Below, one piece after another: positions 17,621 to 27,484 of a DNA stretch of 64,000 bases. The notes beneath the pieces are model-generated. The model did not search any database. It saw nothing but the letters and a program-made list of their open reading frames with translations, and was not told the origin of the DNA. A program made the translations under genes and the position numbers. This stretch comes from Gloeobacterales cyanobacterium (GTDB lineage: Bacteria; Cyanobacteriota; Cyanobacteriia; Gloeobacterales; PMM-0068): contig JBBRSB010000018.1 in NCBI GenBank assembly GCA_038245785.1, positions 24,616 to 88,615 on the forward strand, read 5' to 3'. Every line of letters begins with the position of its first letter. The stretch's first letter is position 1.

Positions 17621-19421
17621 ATGAAATCAGAGCAGCAAGAGCAAGCTTTTGGAGATCTTCTAAACCATCTACAACAAGAGCGGGGATTCGATTTTACCGG
17701 TTACAAGCCCGCCAGTCTGAAGCGACGGGTGCTAAAACAAATGCAGACCCATCGCCTGGAAAATTTTGGCGAATACCTGGACTATTTACAGGTTCACCCT
17801 GAAGAATTCTCGCTGCTCTTCAACACCATTTTAATTAATGTGACATCCTTTTTTAGGGACCGTGAAGCTTGGTCTTATCTACAGAAGGAGGTTCTACCGC
17901 AACTGATTGCCGCCAAACCAGAGCAATCACCGATTCGAGTATGGAGTGCGGGGTGTGCTTCAGGAGAAGAGCCTACACGCTGGCAATTATTTTGACTGAA
18001 ATCTTAGGAGAAGCGGCATTTCGGCAGCGGGTAAAAATTTATGCAACTGATGTAGATGAAGAAGCCCTAGAGCAGGCACGTCATTATGGCTATCGTGCCC
18101 AAGACTTGGAGTCTATCCCTGAAGAATTGCAAGCGCGATACTTCGATGCTGGAGGGCAATATGCAGATCTTCGCCGCTCAGTCATTTTCGGTCGTCATGA
18201 CCTAGTCCAAGATGCTCCTATCTCCCGTCTCGATCTGTTAGTTTGCCGCAATACCCTCATCTATCTCAACACTGAGACACAGACCAAGATTCTGCGCCGA
18301 TTTCACTTTGCCCTCAATGACACAGGGGTTCTATTTTTGGGCAAGGCAGAGATGCTGCTGAGCCACGCAGACCTGTTTACACCTATCAGCCTGACCCATC
18401 GGATCTTCCGCCAGGTATCGAGAAGCAATGGACGCGAATTTCTTCTAGAATTACCTCGGACAAGCCAAACCGCCCGTAAAACTCTTGAGTCTTGCCTGCG
18501 CTTACAAGAGTTGGGCTTTGACGCTGTTCCCTCGGCCCATCTCATCATCGACTTCAGCGGTAAGCTCGTGCTTGCTAATACCCTCGCTCAGACGATGTTC
18601 AGCATTACGGCCATGGATCTGGGCCGTCTTTTGCAAGATTTAGAAATTTCTTACCGTCCTCTAGAATTGCGGTCTTGTATCGAACAGGTATATCAGCAGC
18701 ATCGCCTAGTTCTGGTTCAAAATGTGATTTGGGATGTGCCGGGCAAGAGCAGGCAGTATGTGGATGTACAAATCAACCCCCTGGAAGAGGAGAATGGCGA
18801 AATCCTCGGGATAAGTGTCTTTTTTATCGAGTCAGCCGCGCCCACGAACTTCAAGAGGAGCTTCAGCACGCTAACCAGGAACTGGAAACTACGAATGAGA
18901 AACTACAATCGACCAATGAAGAGCTAGAGACTACCAACGAGGAACTGCAATCGACCAATGAAGAACTGGAAACCATCAACGAGGAGCTCCAGTCCACTAA
19001 CGTAGAATTGCAAACGATTAATGATGAGGTGCAGCAGCGTACAAACGACCTGAATCGGAGCAATGCCTTCTTGAATTCTATTCTGGCTTGCTTAAAGGCT
19101 GGCGTTATAGTGATTGACAATAGCTATAAAATTCTCAGTTGGAACAACGAAGCTGAAAATTTGTGGGGTTTACGCGCGCAGGAAGTTCAAGAGCAGTTTC
19201 TCTGGGCACTCGATATTGGCTTGCCTCTTGAACAGCTTAGGGAACCGTTGCGTAACTGCCTGACAGGGGCAACAGACCGACAAGAAAGCGTGATTTCAGC
19301 TACTAATCGCCGGGGCCAACCTATCCACTGTCGCCTCACGTACAATCCTTTAATGGGGCACGAGAAGGATATACAAGGTGTCATTATCTTGATGGAAGAG
19401 ACAGAGCTATGTAAACCGTAG
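17621..19421 (+). pseudogene. cheR: CheR methyltransferase-PAS-coiled coil-PAS protein split by two 1-bp deletions (~17970, ~18830)
   Basis: Three overlapping ORFs join as WSAGCASGEE|AYTL...CRNTLIY...FI(D)|VSRAHELQEEL...; true pseudogene or assembly error. Confidence 0.85.
18873..19028 (+). repeat. Degenerate 21-bp tandem repeat encoding heptads NEELETT/NEELQST
   Basis: About seven units (e.g. aatgaagagctagagactacc, aacgaggaactgcaatcgacc) in the CheR coiled coil. Confidence 0.8.
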
Positions 19422-19434
19422 AGAGTGTAGAAAA

Positions 19435-21927
19435 ATGGGTTTAGAGCAACAAATTCAAGGGGTCCAACAGCGGTTTGAGGCCATTCGACAGAATGCAGAG
19501 AATGCATCAACTCCGTCCCAGAATTTGCTGGAAGAAGCAATCACCGAACTGGGTATTACTCTAGAAGAGTTACAGGTCACCGCAGAAGAGTTATACCAGC
19601 AAAATGCGGAATTGCTGGCGACGCGCGAAGACCTAGAAGCAGAGCGCCAGCGCTACCGGATGCTCTTTGAGTTAGCGCCTGACGGCTACCTGGTGACCGA
19701 TGCCAAAGGCGTCATTCAAGAAGCGAACCGTGCATCGGAAATACTGCTCAACGTACCCCGATCCCTACTAATAGGCAAACCGCTTGTTGTCTTTGTTTCT
19801 CCAGCAGACCGTCCTTCTTTTCGAACTCAACTGACCCAACTAGAGGTATCAGCCGTTCAAGCTATGGACCCAACCAGTAAGCACTTGGATAAGGAGCAAG
19901 ATTGGGAAATACATATCCAACCACGGCAAGGGAAAGCCTTTCCGGTAGCGGTCTCTATTTCTGTAAGGTATACTCCCGCAAGCAAGAAGATAGCGAGCAT
20001 CCACTGGCTAATTCGTGACGTCACCGAGCGCGTACAGGCCAATACCCTTTTGCAGCAGAGTGAGCAACGCTATCGCACGTTGACTGAAGCAGTCCCAAAC
20101 ATGATCTGGGTGGCAAATGCTGAAGGTTTTAGCTACGACTTCAACGAGCCATACCAAGAGTACTTGGGGATGACCATTGAAGAAATCCGAGGTCACGGAT
20201 GGATAGAGGCTGTCCATCCCGATGACAGAGAGGTAGCTCTGACGAAGTGGCAAAAGTCTCTACAAAACAGTACCCCTTTTGAGGCAGAGTATCGGTTGCG
20301 GCGAGTAGACGGTGTTTACCGTTGGCATGTTGTGCGGGGGTTACCTGTCTATGACGACCAAAAGGTTGCCCTGTGGATTGGTTCATGTACAGATATTGAC
20401 GATTTAAAACAAATGGAGGCGGCGCAGGGAGAAATTGGAGAACGGCTCACCTTAGCGCTGGATGCCGCAAATTTGGGCACATGGGATTGGGATATGCAGA
20501 CCAATCGGATAATTTGGTCAGGGCACCACAGTGACCTATTCGGCTTACCCAGCGGCACGTTTGGCAACTCTTTCGCCTCCTTTATAGACTGTGTCCATCC
20601 TGAAGACCGTCCGCATATTCTGGAAGCGATTGAGTCAGCGAAGCAGGATAAAAGTTCCTATGCCTCTGATTTTCGGGTGATTTGGCCGGATGGTAGCCTT
20701 CACCATGTATCAGGAACAGGCAAGTACTACTACAACACAGAAGGGGAACCCATAAGGATGCTTGGGGTGGTGATGGACACCAGTAATCGTAAAAAGGTAG
20801 AAGAAACCCTAAAGAAATTCAGTAAAGAATTAGAAATCCGAGTTCAAGAGCGTACACAACAACTCCAAGAAAGTGAGGAGCGCTTTCGTCACGCCTTCGA
20901 CAATAGCGTCGCGGGCATAGCCTTAGTCGCCTTAGGCGGTCGCTGGCTAAAAGTCAATCCTGCTTTGTGTCAGCTTTTAGGTTATTCAGAGCAAGAATTG
21001 CTCAGGTTGGACTACCAGACCGTTACCCATCAGGATGACCTGGAGCAGTCCCTTAATGAGGTGTACCAACTTCTGACCAGCGAGATTGCCAGTGCCCAAA
21101 TCGAGAAACGTTTTTTGCATAAACAGGGACACTCTGTTTGGGTGATTTGTAGCATGTCGATGGTACGGGATGAACAGGGGCACCCTCTATATATTGTCAA
21201 ACAAATTCAAGACATCTCCGAACGTCGTGCGATAGAACAAATGAAGAGCGAGTTTATCTCCGTAGTCAGTCACGAACTGAGGACCCCCCTTGCTTCTATT
21301 CGTGGATCTTTAGGACTATTAGCTTCCGGTGTACTCGATGATGAACCTCTCACCACCAAGCAGATGTTGAGCATTGCAACCCATGAAGCTGAGCGCTTAG
21401 TACGCTTAGTCAATGACATCCTGGATTTGGAACGGTTTGAAGCTAGCAAAGTCGTGTTAGAGAAGCAGTGGTGCGATGCAGCCACTTTAATGCAACAAGT
21501 GGCTGAAGTGATCAAACCTCTGGCGGAGGAAAGCAAAATTACGGTTTCCCTTCTCCCTCAGTCTCATTCAGTACCCGTTTGGGCAGCTCCTGACCGACTG
21601 GTGCAAGTACTGGTCAATCTCTTGAGCAACGCAATCAAATTTTCTCCTAGAGAAAGCACCGTAACCCTAACGGCCCAAAATCAGATAGACCGAGTTTTGT
21701 TTCAGGTTCAAGATCGAGGAAGAGGAATCCCCGCTGATAAAATAGAGACTATCTTTAGACAGTTTCAACAGGTCGATGCCTCAGACGCGCGCGATAAGGG
21801 AGGTACAGGGCTGGGTTTAACCATCTGTCGCAACATCGTTCAGAAACATGGTGGACGAATCTGGGTCGAGAGTGCGTTAAGGAAGGGGAGTACGTTTTAT
21901 TTCACCTTACCGATTCCCTTGGAGTAG
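19435..21927 (+). CDS. Multi-PAS sensor histidine kinase with N-terminal EEL-rich coiled coil
   Basis: LEELQVTAEELYQQNAEL, four PAS/PAC units, SHELRTPL, NLLSNAIKF, GTGLGL. Confidence 0.95.
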   Translation: MGLEQQIQGVQQRFEAIRQNAENASTPSQNLLEEAITELGITLEELQVTAEELYQQNAELLATREDLEAERQRYRMLFELAPDGYLVTDAKGVIQEANRASEILLNVPRSLLIGKPLVVFVSPADRPSFRTQLTQLEVSAVQAMDPTSKHLDKEQDWEIHIQPRQGKAFPVAVSISVRYTPASKKIASIHWLIRDVTERVQANTLLQQSEQRYRTLTEAVPNMIWVANAEGFSYDFNEPYQEYLGMTIEEIRGHGWIEAVHPDDREVALTKWQKSLQNSTPFEAEYRLRRVDGVYRWHVVRGLPVYDDQKVALWIGSCTDIDDLKQMEAAQGEIGERLTLALDAANLGTWDWDMQTNRIIWSGHHSDLFGLPSGTFGNSFASFIDCVHPEDRPHILEAIESAKQDKSSYASDFRVIWPDGSLHHVSGTGKYYYNTEGEPIRMLGVVMDTSNRKKVEETLKKFSKELEIRVQERTQQLQESEERFRHAFDNSVAGIALVALGGRWLKVNPALCQLLGYSEQELLRLDYQTVTHQDDLEQSLNEVYQLLTSEIASAQIEKRFLHKQGHSVWVICSMSMVRDEQGHPLYIVKQIQDISERRAIEQMKSEFISVVSHELRTPLASIRGSLGLLASGVLDDEPLTTKQMLSIATHEAERLVRLVNDILDLERFEASKVVLEKQWCDAATLMQQVAEVIKPLAEESKITVSLLPQSHSVPVWAAPDRLVQVLVNLLSNAIKFSPRESTVTLTAQNQIDRVLFQVQDRGRGIPADKIETIFRQFQQVDASDARDKGGTGLGLTICRNIVQKHGGRIWVESALRKGSTFYFTLPIPLE

Positions 21928-21935
21928 AAATTGCT

Positions 21936-22325
21936 ATGTCCACCAAGTGCATTCTCTTGATTGATGATGAAAAAGACCTGAGTGCGGTGATTCAGACTTG
22001 TCTAAGAAAATTGGGGGGTTGGAAAGTACTGATGGCTCAATCAGGCCACGAAGGACTACAAAAAGCCGGAACTGAGCAACCTGATGCCATTTTGCTCGAT
22101 GTGATGATGCCGGATATGGATGGCTTTACCGTTCTAAGTAATCTCCAGGGGAATCCTGCGACCCAAAACATCCCCGTCATTTTGCTAACAGCCAAGGTTC
22201 AGCCTGCAGACCATCATCAATATGCCCTGTTAGGCATCGCCGGAGTGATTACCAAACCCTTCGACCCCTTGAAAATATCTCACCAAGTAGCGGAGAAGCT
22301 AGGCTGGTCCTCAGAAGCAAAATGA
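21936..22325 (+). CDS. Single-domain response regulator (paralogue of 2768-3136)
   Basis: EQPDAILLDVMMPDMDG and IPVILLTAKVQ shared with the first copy. Confidence 0.95.
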   Translation: MSTKCILLIDDEKDLSAVIQTCLRKLGGWKVLMAQSGHEGLQKAGTEQPDAILLDVMMPDMDGFTVLSNLQGNPATQNIPVILLTAKVQPADHHQYALLGIAGVITKPFDPLKISHQVAEKLGWSSEAK

Positions 22326-22398
22326 GGGATTCAGGAGATAAATGCGTAAATCCTGCATTTATTACCCTTTATTACAGAAAATAGGAAAAATTTCGCTT

Positions 22399-22431
22399 CC
22401 TCATCATTTCCTCACTTTTCCCCTTTACCTT
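22399..22431 (+). promoter_or_regulatory. Direct-repeat box copy 4 (CCTCA-tcattt-CCTCA) + N11 + -10 element TACCTT, upstream of DUF2949-crp-trx
   Basis: cctcatcatttcctca at 22399-22414; TACCTT at 22426-22431. Confidence 0.7.
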
Positions 22432-22485
22432 TGAACAACCATCTCCGAATCTCACATGTTCGCTCATAGGAAGGCTAAGGTACTC

Positions 22486-22701
22486 ATGACATACGAGAAC
22501 TACCTCCAGTTTATTCACTTCTTACAGGAAGAATTAGCAATTTCCACTCGTGCTATTGCTTGTGCGGAGCGTATACGTAAAAGGATCTCACCCTATGAGA
22601 AGAATCAAAGCTCTCACCTACTTTCCATGATTCTTTGGCAACATGGGCTGATGGACATTGAACAATTGAATCGCAGCTTTGCCTGGTTAGAAGGAGCCTA
22701 A
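22486..22701 (+). CDS. DUF2949 family protein
   Basis: FIHFLQEELAIS...LSMILWQHGLMDIEQLNRSFAWLE. Confidence 0.85.
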   Translation: MTYENYLQFIHFLQEELAISTRAIACAERIRKRISPYEKNQSSHLLSMILWQHGLMDIEQLNRSFAWLEGA

Positions 22702-22761
22702 TGCTAGATAGTTTCTACAAATCAATCCACTCTGAACTTATTTCTACAATGCAGGCATTCT

Positions 22762-23400
22762 ATGTACTCTTCTCCTCCTACCCTCACCCTGGCTGTTGAC
22801 CTGAAAGGACGAGTATTTAAGCAACAGGAACGGATTCCACTTCATGACAGCTATCTCTGGAAGATCAATGAAGGTACGGTTCGTACGCTCACATGGAGTA
22901 AAGAAGGAACCTTAGTTACTCTAGGGCTTTGGGGTCCAGGAGATGTCATTGGCAAACCCCTATCTAGGACAAATCCCTACCTGATTGAATGTTTGGAAAC
23001 TGTAAGAGTTGTGGCTGTGCCCACGTACCTGTGGAATCGAGAACTCGATGCCATACTCCTTCATGCTCAATATGTAGAAGAGCTACTCACTATTGTTCAC
23101 AATGAAACAATCTATTTGCGCTTATTGGAATTCTTAATTTGGCTTGCTAACAGGTTTGGTTTTGAAGTTGAGCAAGGAAGGTTAATTAATCTCCAATTGA
23201 CCCATCAAGAAATCGCTGAAACGATTGCTGCAACACGAGTAACCGTGACCCGTGTTCTTGGAGTTTTAGAACAGGAAGGTAAGCTCTTTCGGAAGAATAG
23301 AAAATTAATTTTGCCCTACTCAGTTTATTGTTCTAAGACGATCGCAGTCGAAAGAAGTCGCCCAACTGGAAGTTATTTAACTGAGGGAAAACAGCTATGA
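22762..23400 (+). CDS. Crp/Fnr family transcriptional regulator (copy A)
   Basis: LGLWGPGDVIG; HTH LTHQEIAETIAATRVTVTRVL. Confidence 0.92.
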   Translation: MYSSPPTLTLAVDLKGRVFKQQERIPLHDSYLWKINEGTVRTLTWSKEGTLVTLGLWGPGDVIGKPLSRTNPYLIECLETVRVVAVPTYLWNRELDAILLHAQYVEELLTIVHNETIYLRLLEFLIWLANRFGFEVEQGRLINLQLTHQEIAETIAATRVTVTRVLGVLEQEGKLFRKNRKLILPYSVYCSKTIAVERSRPTGSYLTEGKQL

Positions 23401-23747
23401 GCACACCAGTTAATTTAGCAAATAGCGAATGGCAGGAAATGTATACTTATAAGGGGCTCACTGTAGTCAATTGTTGGGCATCTTGGTGTGCCCAGTCTCA
23501 GAATATTATCCCTTTAGTTGACAAACTAGCTGATGAGTATAAAGACCGCATCAAAGTGCTCAAACTCAATATAGATGAGAACCAGGCAATAGCTAGTGAA
23601 CTTGGGCTCCTGGGTCTTAATAGCCTTCCTATTACTTTTATCTTCAAATCCGGCAAATTAGTGGAAACGGTAGCAGGTTTGGCTCCCTACGAAGCTTTTC
23701 GTGAAGCCATTCGCAAACATCTCAGGGAAGGAAAGAGCGTGCATTAA
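23397..23747 (+). CDS. Thioredoxin-like protein, monothiol WCAQS (copy A)
   Basis: NCWASWCAQS, KLNIDEN, SLPITFIFKSG. Confidence 0.85.
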   Translation: MSTPVNLANSEWQEMYTYKGLTVVNCWASWCAQSQNIIPLVDKLADEYKDRIKVLKLNIDENQAIASELGLLGLNSLPITFIFKSGKLVETVAGLAPYEAFREAIRKHLREGKSVH

Positions 23748-23769
23748 CTTCAGGTTGAGTATCTATTGC

Positions 23770-24523
23770 TCAAGATACTGCAATCTGACCGATATCTGCG
23801 GGTGTTAAATATGCTTGCAGCACTTGACCATCTAGAAACCAAATAATGCGACGGCTGCGACGGGCCATATCGGGTTCATGGGTGACCATCACTACAGTAA
23901 TTCCTTCCTCGTTCAGCGCTGAAAAAATGTCCATAACCTCCTGAGAAGTGCGTGAGTCTAAAGCTCCGGTCGGTTCATCCGCCAGTAAATAATACAGGCC
24001 GATTGACGATGGCACGAGCGATAGCAACCCGTTGCTGTTGGCCTCCAGAGAGTTGGTTCGGTTTGTTATTGATGCGATTTCCCAATCCCATACGTTCTAA
24101 TGCTTCCATCGCTTTTTGGCGACGTTCTTGTGTATGAATCCCTGCATAGACCATTGGTAACATCACATTTTCTAGGGCTGTAAGCTGTGATAAGAGATGA
24201 AATTGTTGGAAAACAAAGCCGATTTTCAAATTGCGAATATGGGCTAAAGCTTGGTCATCTAACTGTGACACATCCACTCCATCCAGTTCATAGTGACCAG
24301 AAGTAGGTTTATCGAGACAGCCAATGATATTCATCGCCGTAGACTTGCCTGAACCAGAGGCCCCCATAATTGCGCAGTATTCCCCTTTTCCTATGGTCAA
24401 ATTGACATCAGAGAGAGCTTTTACTTCCGTATCTCCCGAACCATATAGCTTATAAATATGCTCTAGACGAATAATAGGCTGTTCATTGGTTTTTGATAAC
24501 GCTGAACTATTGTTACTTTCCAT
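23770..24523 (-). pseudogene. MacB/LolD-type ABC ATP-binding subunit, frameshifted (+1 T) near 23988
   Basis: Walker A GASGSGKS and [14 protein letters not shown] in ORF 23975-24523; [11 protein letters not shown]...MVTHE continues in ORF 23770-24027. Confidence 0.85.
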
Positions 24524-24526
24524 CCT

Positions 24527-25744
24527 TCAAATCCCTCTCAAAGCAACAATCGGATCTAACTTTGCCGCTTGTCGTGCTGGAAATACGCCAAAGAAAAGAC
24601 CAATACCTCCAGAAACGGTCAAGGAAATCAAGATAGCCAGCGGAGACACCGTTGCTTTCAAAGGACTAAGAACACTGATAAGCAAAGTTCCTCCAGCACC
24701 AAGCAAGGTGCCGATTAAGCCTCCTACGGCAGATAGAATGACGGCCTCAATCATGAACTGAATCAAAATATCCTGTTGCGAAGCGCCAATCGCTTTGCGC
24801 AATCCAATTTCATGGGTACGCTCGGTCACTGAGACCAGCATGATATTCATAATGCCAATCCCCCCGACCAAGAGGGAAATACCAGCAATCGCACCCAACA
24901 TAATCGTTAGTCCGCCAGTAATATTACCAATAATGTCTAGAACATCTTTTTGGGTTTGGACATTAAAGTCATCTTCAACCGTGATTTTATGTCTCAGGCG
25001 CAGTAGATTGGTAATCTGAAACTGGGCTGCTCGGATACTCGATTCATTTTTAGCAGAGGCTGCAATAAACGTTAGCTCAATGCCATAGGGAGAAGTTCTG
25101 CCCACAATCCGGCTAGCCATCGTGCTCAAAGGGATATAGGCTATATCATCTTGATTATTGCCTAGGAAAGCGCCTTTAGCTTTCATCACCCCAATCACTA
25201 GAAAACTGACATTCTTAATCCGAATCTGTTGTCCTATTGGGTTTTGATTACCAAAAAGTTTCTTGGCCAATTCTGAACCTAAAGCTACCACTCGGTCGTC
25301 TCTTTTGACATCATCATTGGAGAGAAAACGCCCCCTAGCCACATCAAAGCTACGAACCGTGAGGAAACTTGGAGTTGCTCCTACCAATCCAGTATTGGTA
25401 GTTTTATTGCGGTATACGACCAATCCGCTAGCATTAACCTGCGGGGCAACGGATGTGATGGAAGGAACCTCCGCCGCAATAGCATCTGCATCGGCTAATA
25501 CTAAAGTTTTCGGCAGATTGGTGGTATGTCTCCGAGAAGTTTGGGTCCCAGCCGTTATAAACAATACATTCGGACCCAAAGATTCAAACTGTTCTGCCGC
25601 TAATCTTTGCGCCCCTTCTCCAATACCAATCATCGCAATCACAGAGGCAATACCAATAATAATGCCCAACATCGTAAGGCTACTGCGTAGCTTATTTGCT
25701 ATCAGCGTCGTCGATGCCATCTTGATGCTTTCTAAAATATCCAT
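24527..25744 (-). CDS. MacB/FtsX family ABC permease
   Basis: RSSLTMLGIIIG, GIGIMNIMLVSVTERTHEIGLRKAIGA, PARQAAKLDPI. Confidence 0.95.
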   Translation of the reverse strand: MDILESIKMASTTLIANKLRSSLTMLGIIIGIASVIAMIGIGEGAQRLAAEQFESLGPNVLFITAGTQTSRRHTTNLPKTLVLADADAIAAEVPSITSVAPQVNASGLVVYRNKTTNTGLVGATPSFLTVRSFDVARGRFLSNDDVKRDDRVVALGSELAKKLFGNQNPIGQQIRIKNVSFLVIGVMKAKGAFLGNNQDDIAYIPLSTMASRIVGRTSPYGIELTFIAASAKNESSIRAAQFQITNLLRLRHKITVEDDFNVQTQKDVLDIIGNITGGLTIMLGAIAGISLLVGGIGIMNIMLVSVTERTHEIGLRKAIGASQQDILIQFMIEAVILSAVGGLIGTLLGAGGTLLISVLSPLKATVSPLAILISLTVSGGIGLFFGVFPARQAAKLDPIVALRGI

Positions 25745-25748
25745 ATAC

Positions 25749-27071
25749 TTACTTACTGCTTGTTTCTAACTCTTTAGGCAGGTCTACAAATACCCGTTCA
25801 CCAGGTTTTACTCCTTTAAGAATCTGCGTTTGATTACCAATACTGGAACCCAGGGTGACGGGCCGGAATTGGGCTTTCCCTTTTAAATCGGGAATCATTA
25901 CTCCGGTTTGCCCTTGCTGGGTAACCACAGCCACCGTAGGAATGACCAAAGAATGATTTAACTGTTTACCAAGAAACGTGGCATCCACATTCATGTGTGA
26001 GCGCAACAAGACAAGACCTGTTTTAATCGTTACCCGCACTTCAAAGGAGGTGACATCCTGTTGAACTACGGCCTCTGGTGCAATCAGCCGGACTTGTCCC
26101 CGAAACGTTTTATCTGGATAGGAATCCGCCACAATTTCCACAGGCTGACCAAGCTTGACTTGACTAAGATCTACCTCAGGCACCTTGGCTAGGACTTCTA
26201 GACCATTGGCGATGGCAACAATCGAGGTTGAAGTGGCCGAAGAAGTGCTGGAAGCGGTTGTGGTTGGGGTGACGAAAGCGCCAACTGTGGCATATTTCTG
26301 GGTCACCACTCCGGAGAAAGGGGCACGGACTAAAGTATCTTCCTGCTGTACTTCGATAGCCTGTAATCGCCCCTTAGCTTCAGCAACAGCGGCGGCAGCT
26401 TGAGCAATTTGTTCTGGTCGCGTGCCCTTGCGCAACAGCTGTAAACGCTGCTCTGCCTCACGCACACTGGCCTGGGCGCGCTCCAGTCCTGCTCTCGCCG
26501 TTCGCTCTTCATTGAGCACGGCATCTAATTGGTCACGGGAAATAGCACCCTCTGAAGCCAGTGCTTGGTTCCGGTTGACCCGTTCACGGGCTAAATTCAA
26601 ACGAGCTTGAGCATCGGCCACTTGCGCTTGATTTTGAACTACATTTGCCTGAGCTTGCTCGATTTCCTCAGGCCGATTCCCCACCTGCAGTTCTTCTAAA
26701 CGAGCCTGGACCTGAGCGATATTTGCCTTTGCTTGCACCCGTTGCGCCTCAATGTCTCTGCTCTCCATTCGGGCAATCACTTCCCCCGACTTCACCTTGT
26801 CCCCTTGCTCCACATATAGCTGGGCAATACGACCCGACGTTTTGGGACTCAAGTTCACAGTCTGAATGGGAACGACCGTGCCACTTTCGGTAATCCGTAC
26901 CGCTAAGTTCTTCTCCTGCACTGGAACGGTTAGCGCATTGATATCTAGGGGCGCAGTGGCCCTAAGCACAGCCAAGTAAATCGCTATCGATAATCCCGAC
27001 AGCCCAACTAGCGCCAAGGCAATCAACCAGAGGGTCGATTTACTGACTTTGCCTATAAGAGGAAGTTGCAT
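25749..27071 (-). CDS. HlyD/MacA family periplasmic adaptor
   Basis: N-terminal TM; lipoyl halves GRIAQLYVEQGD and VRAPFSGVV; long coiled coil. Confidence 0.93.
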   Translation of the reverse strand: MQLPLIGKVSKSTLWLIALALVGLSGLSIAIYLAVLRATAPLDINALTVPVQEKNLAVRITESGTVVPIQTVNLSPKTSGRIAQLYVEQGDKVKSGEVIARMESRDIEAQRVQAKANIAQVQARLEELQVGNRPEEIEQAQANVVQNQAQVADAQARLNLARERVNRNQALASEGAISRDQLDAVLNEERTARAGLERAQASVREAEQRLQLLRKGTRPEQIAQAAAAVAEAKGRLQAIEVQQEDTLVRAPFSGVVTQKYATVGAFVTPTTTASSTSSATSTSIVAIANGLEVLAKVPEVDLSQVKLGQPVEIVADSYPDKTFRGQVRLIAPEAVVQQDVTSFEVRVTIKTGLVLLRSHMNVDATFLGKQLNHSLVIPTVAVVTQQGQTGVMIPDLKGKAQFRPVTLGSSIGNQTQILKGVKPGERVFVDLPKELETSSK

Positions 27072-27134
27072 TGGAGGAGCAATCCTAAAATCAGGGAAAT
27101 CTTTGCCTAGAGATATTCCCTCTTATGTAAGTTC

Positions 27135-27167
27135 AGACTAGATCTCAAAATTGAAGAACTTGTGAGG
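27135..27167 (-). promoter_or_regulatory. Direct-repeat box copy 5 (CCTCA-caagtt-CTTCA) + N11 + -10 element TAGTCT, upstream of the ABC exporter operon
   Basis: Reverse complement of 27152-27167 is cctcacaagttcttca; reverse complement of 27135-27140 is TAGTCT. Confidence 0.75.
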
Positions 27168-27247
27168 AAGACTGCTAGGATTTCGGCTCATTATTGGGTA
27201 TGAATTTGGTATAACTGAGGAGTAACAAGTACTTGAGGAGCCTGGTT

Positions 27248-27484
27248 GTGAAAACTGCTATTTCTCTTCCAGACCCAGTTTTTGAGGAAGCAGAAGCACT
27301 TGCTCAACAGTTGGGAATGTCCCGGAGTGAACTTTATGCTGAAGCATTGAAAGCATATTTGCGTCGACATAACCGAGAGCAAATTCTAGCAAAACTGAAC
27401 GAGGTTTACGCTAATGAGTCATCAGAATTAGATCCGGTTATGGCAAAAATGCAGTTCATCTCTCTACCACATGAGGATTGGTAG
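27248..27484 (+). CDS. MazE/ChpI-like RHH antitoxin
   Basis: MKTAISLPDPVFEEAEALAQQLGMSRSELY; overlaps the PemK toxin gene. Confidence 0.88.
   Translation: MKTAISLPDPVFEEAEALAQQLGMSRSELYAEALKAYLRRHNREQILAKLNEVYANESSELDPVMAKMQFISLPHEDW

Noticed and set aside
18873..19028. 21-bp periodic repeat as a possible CRISPR array or VNTR
   Set aside because: No spacers; the variation is at synonymous positions and the repeat encodes CheR coiled-coil heptads.
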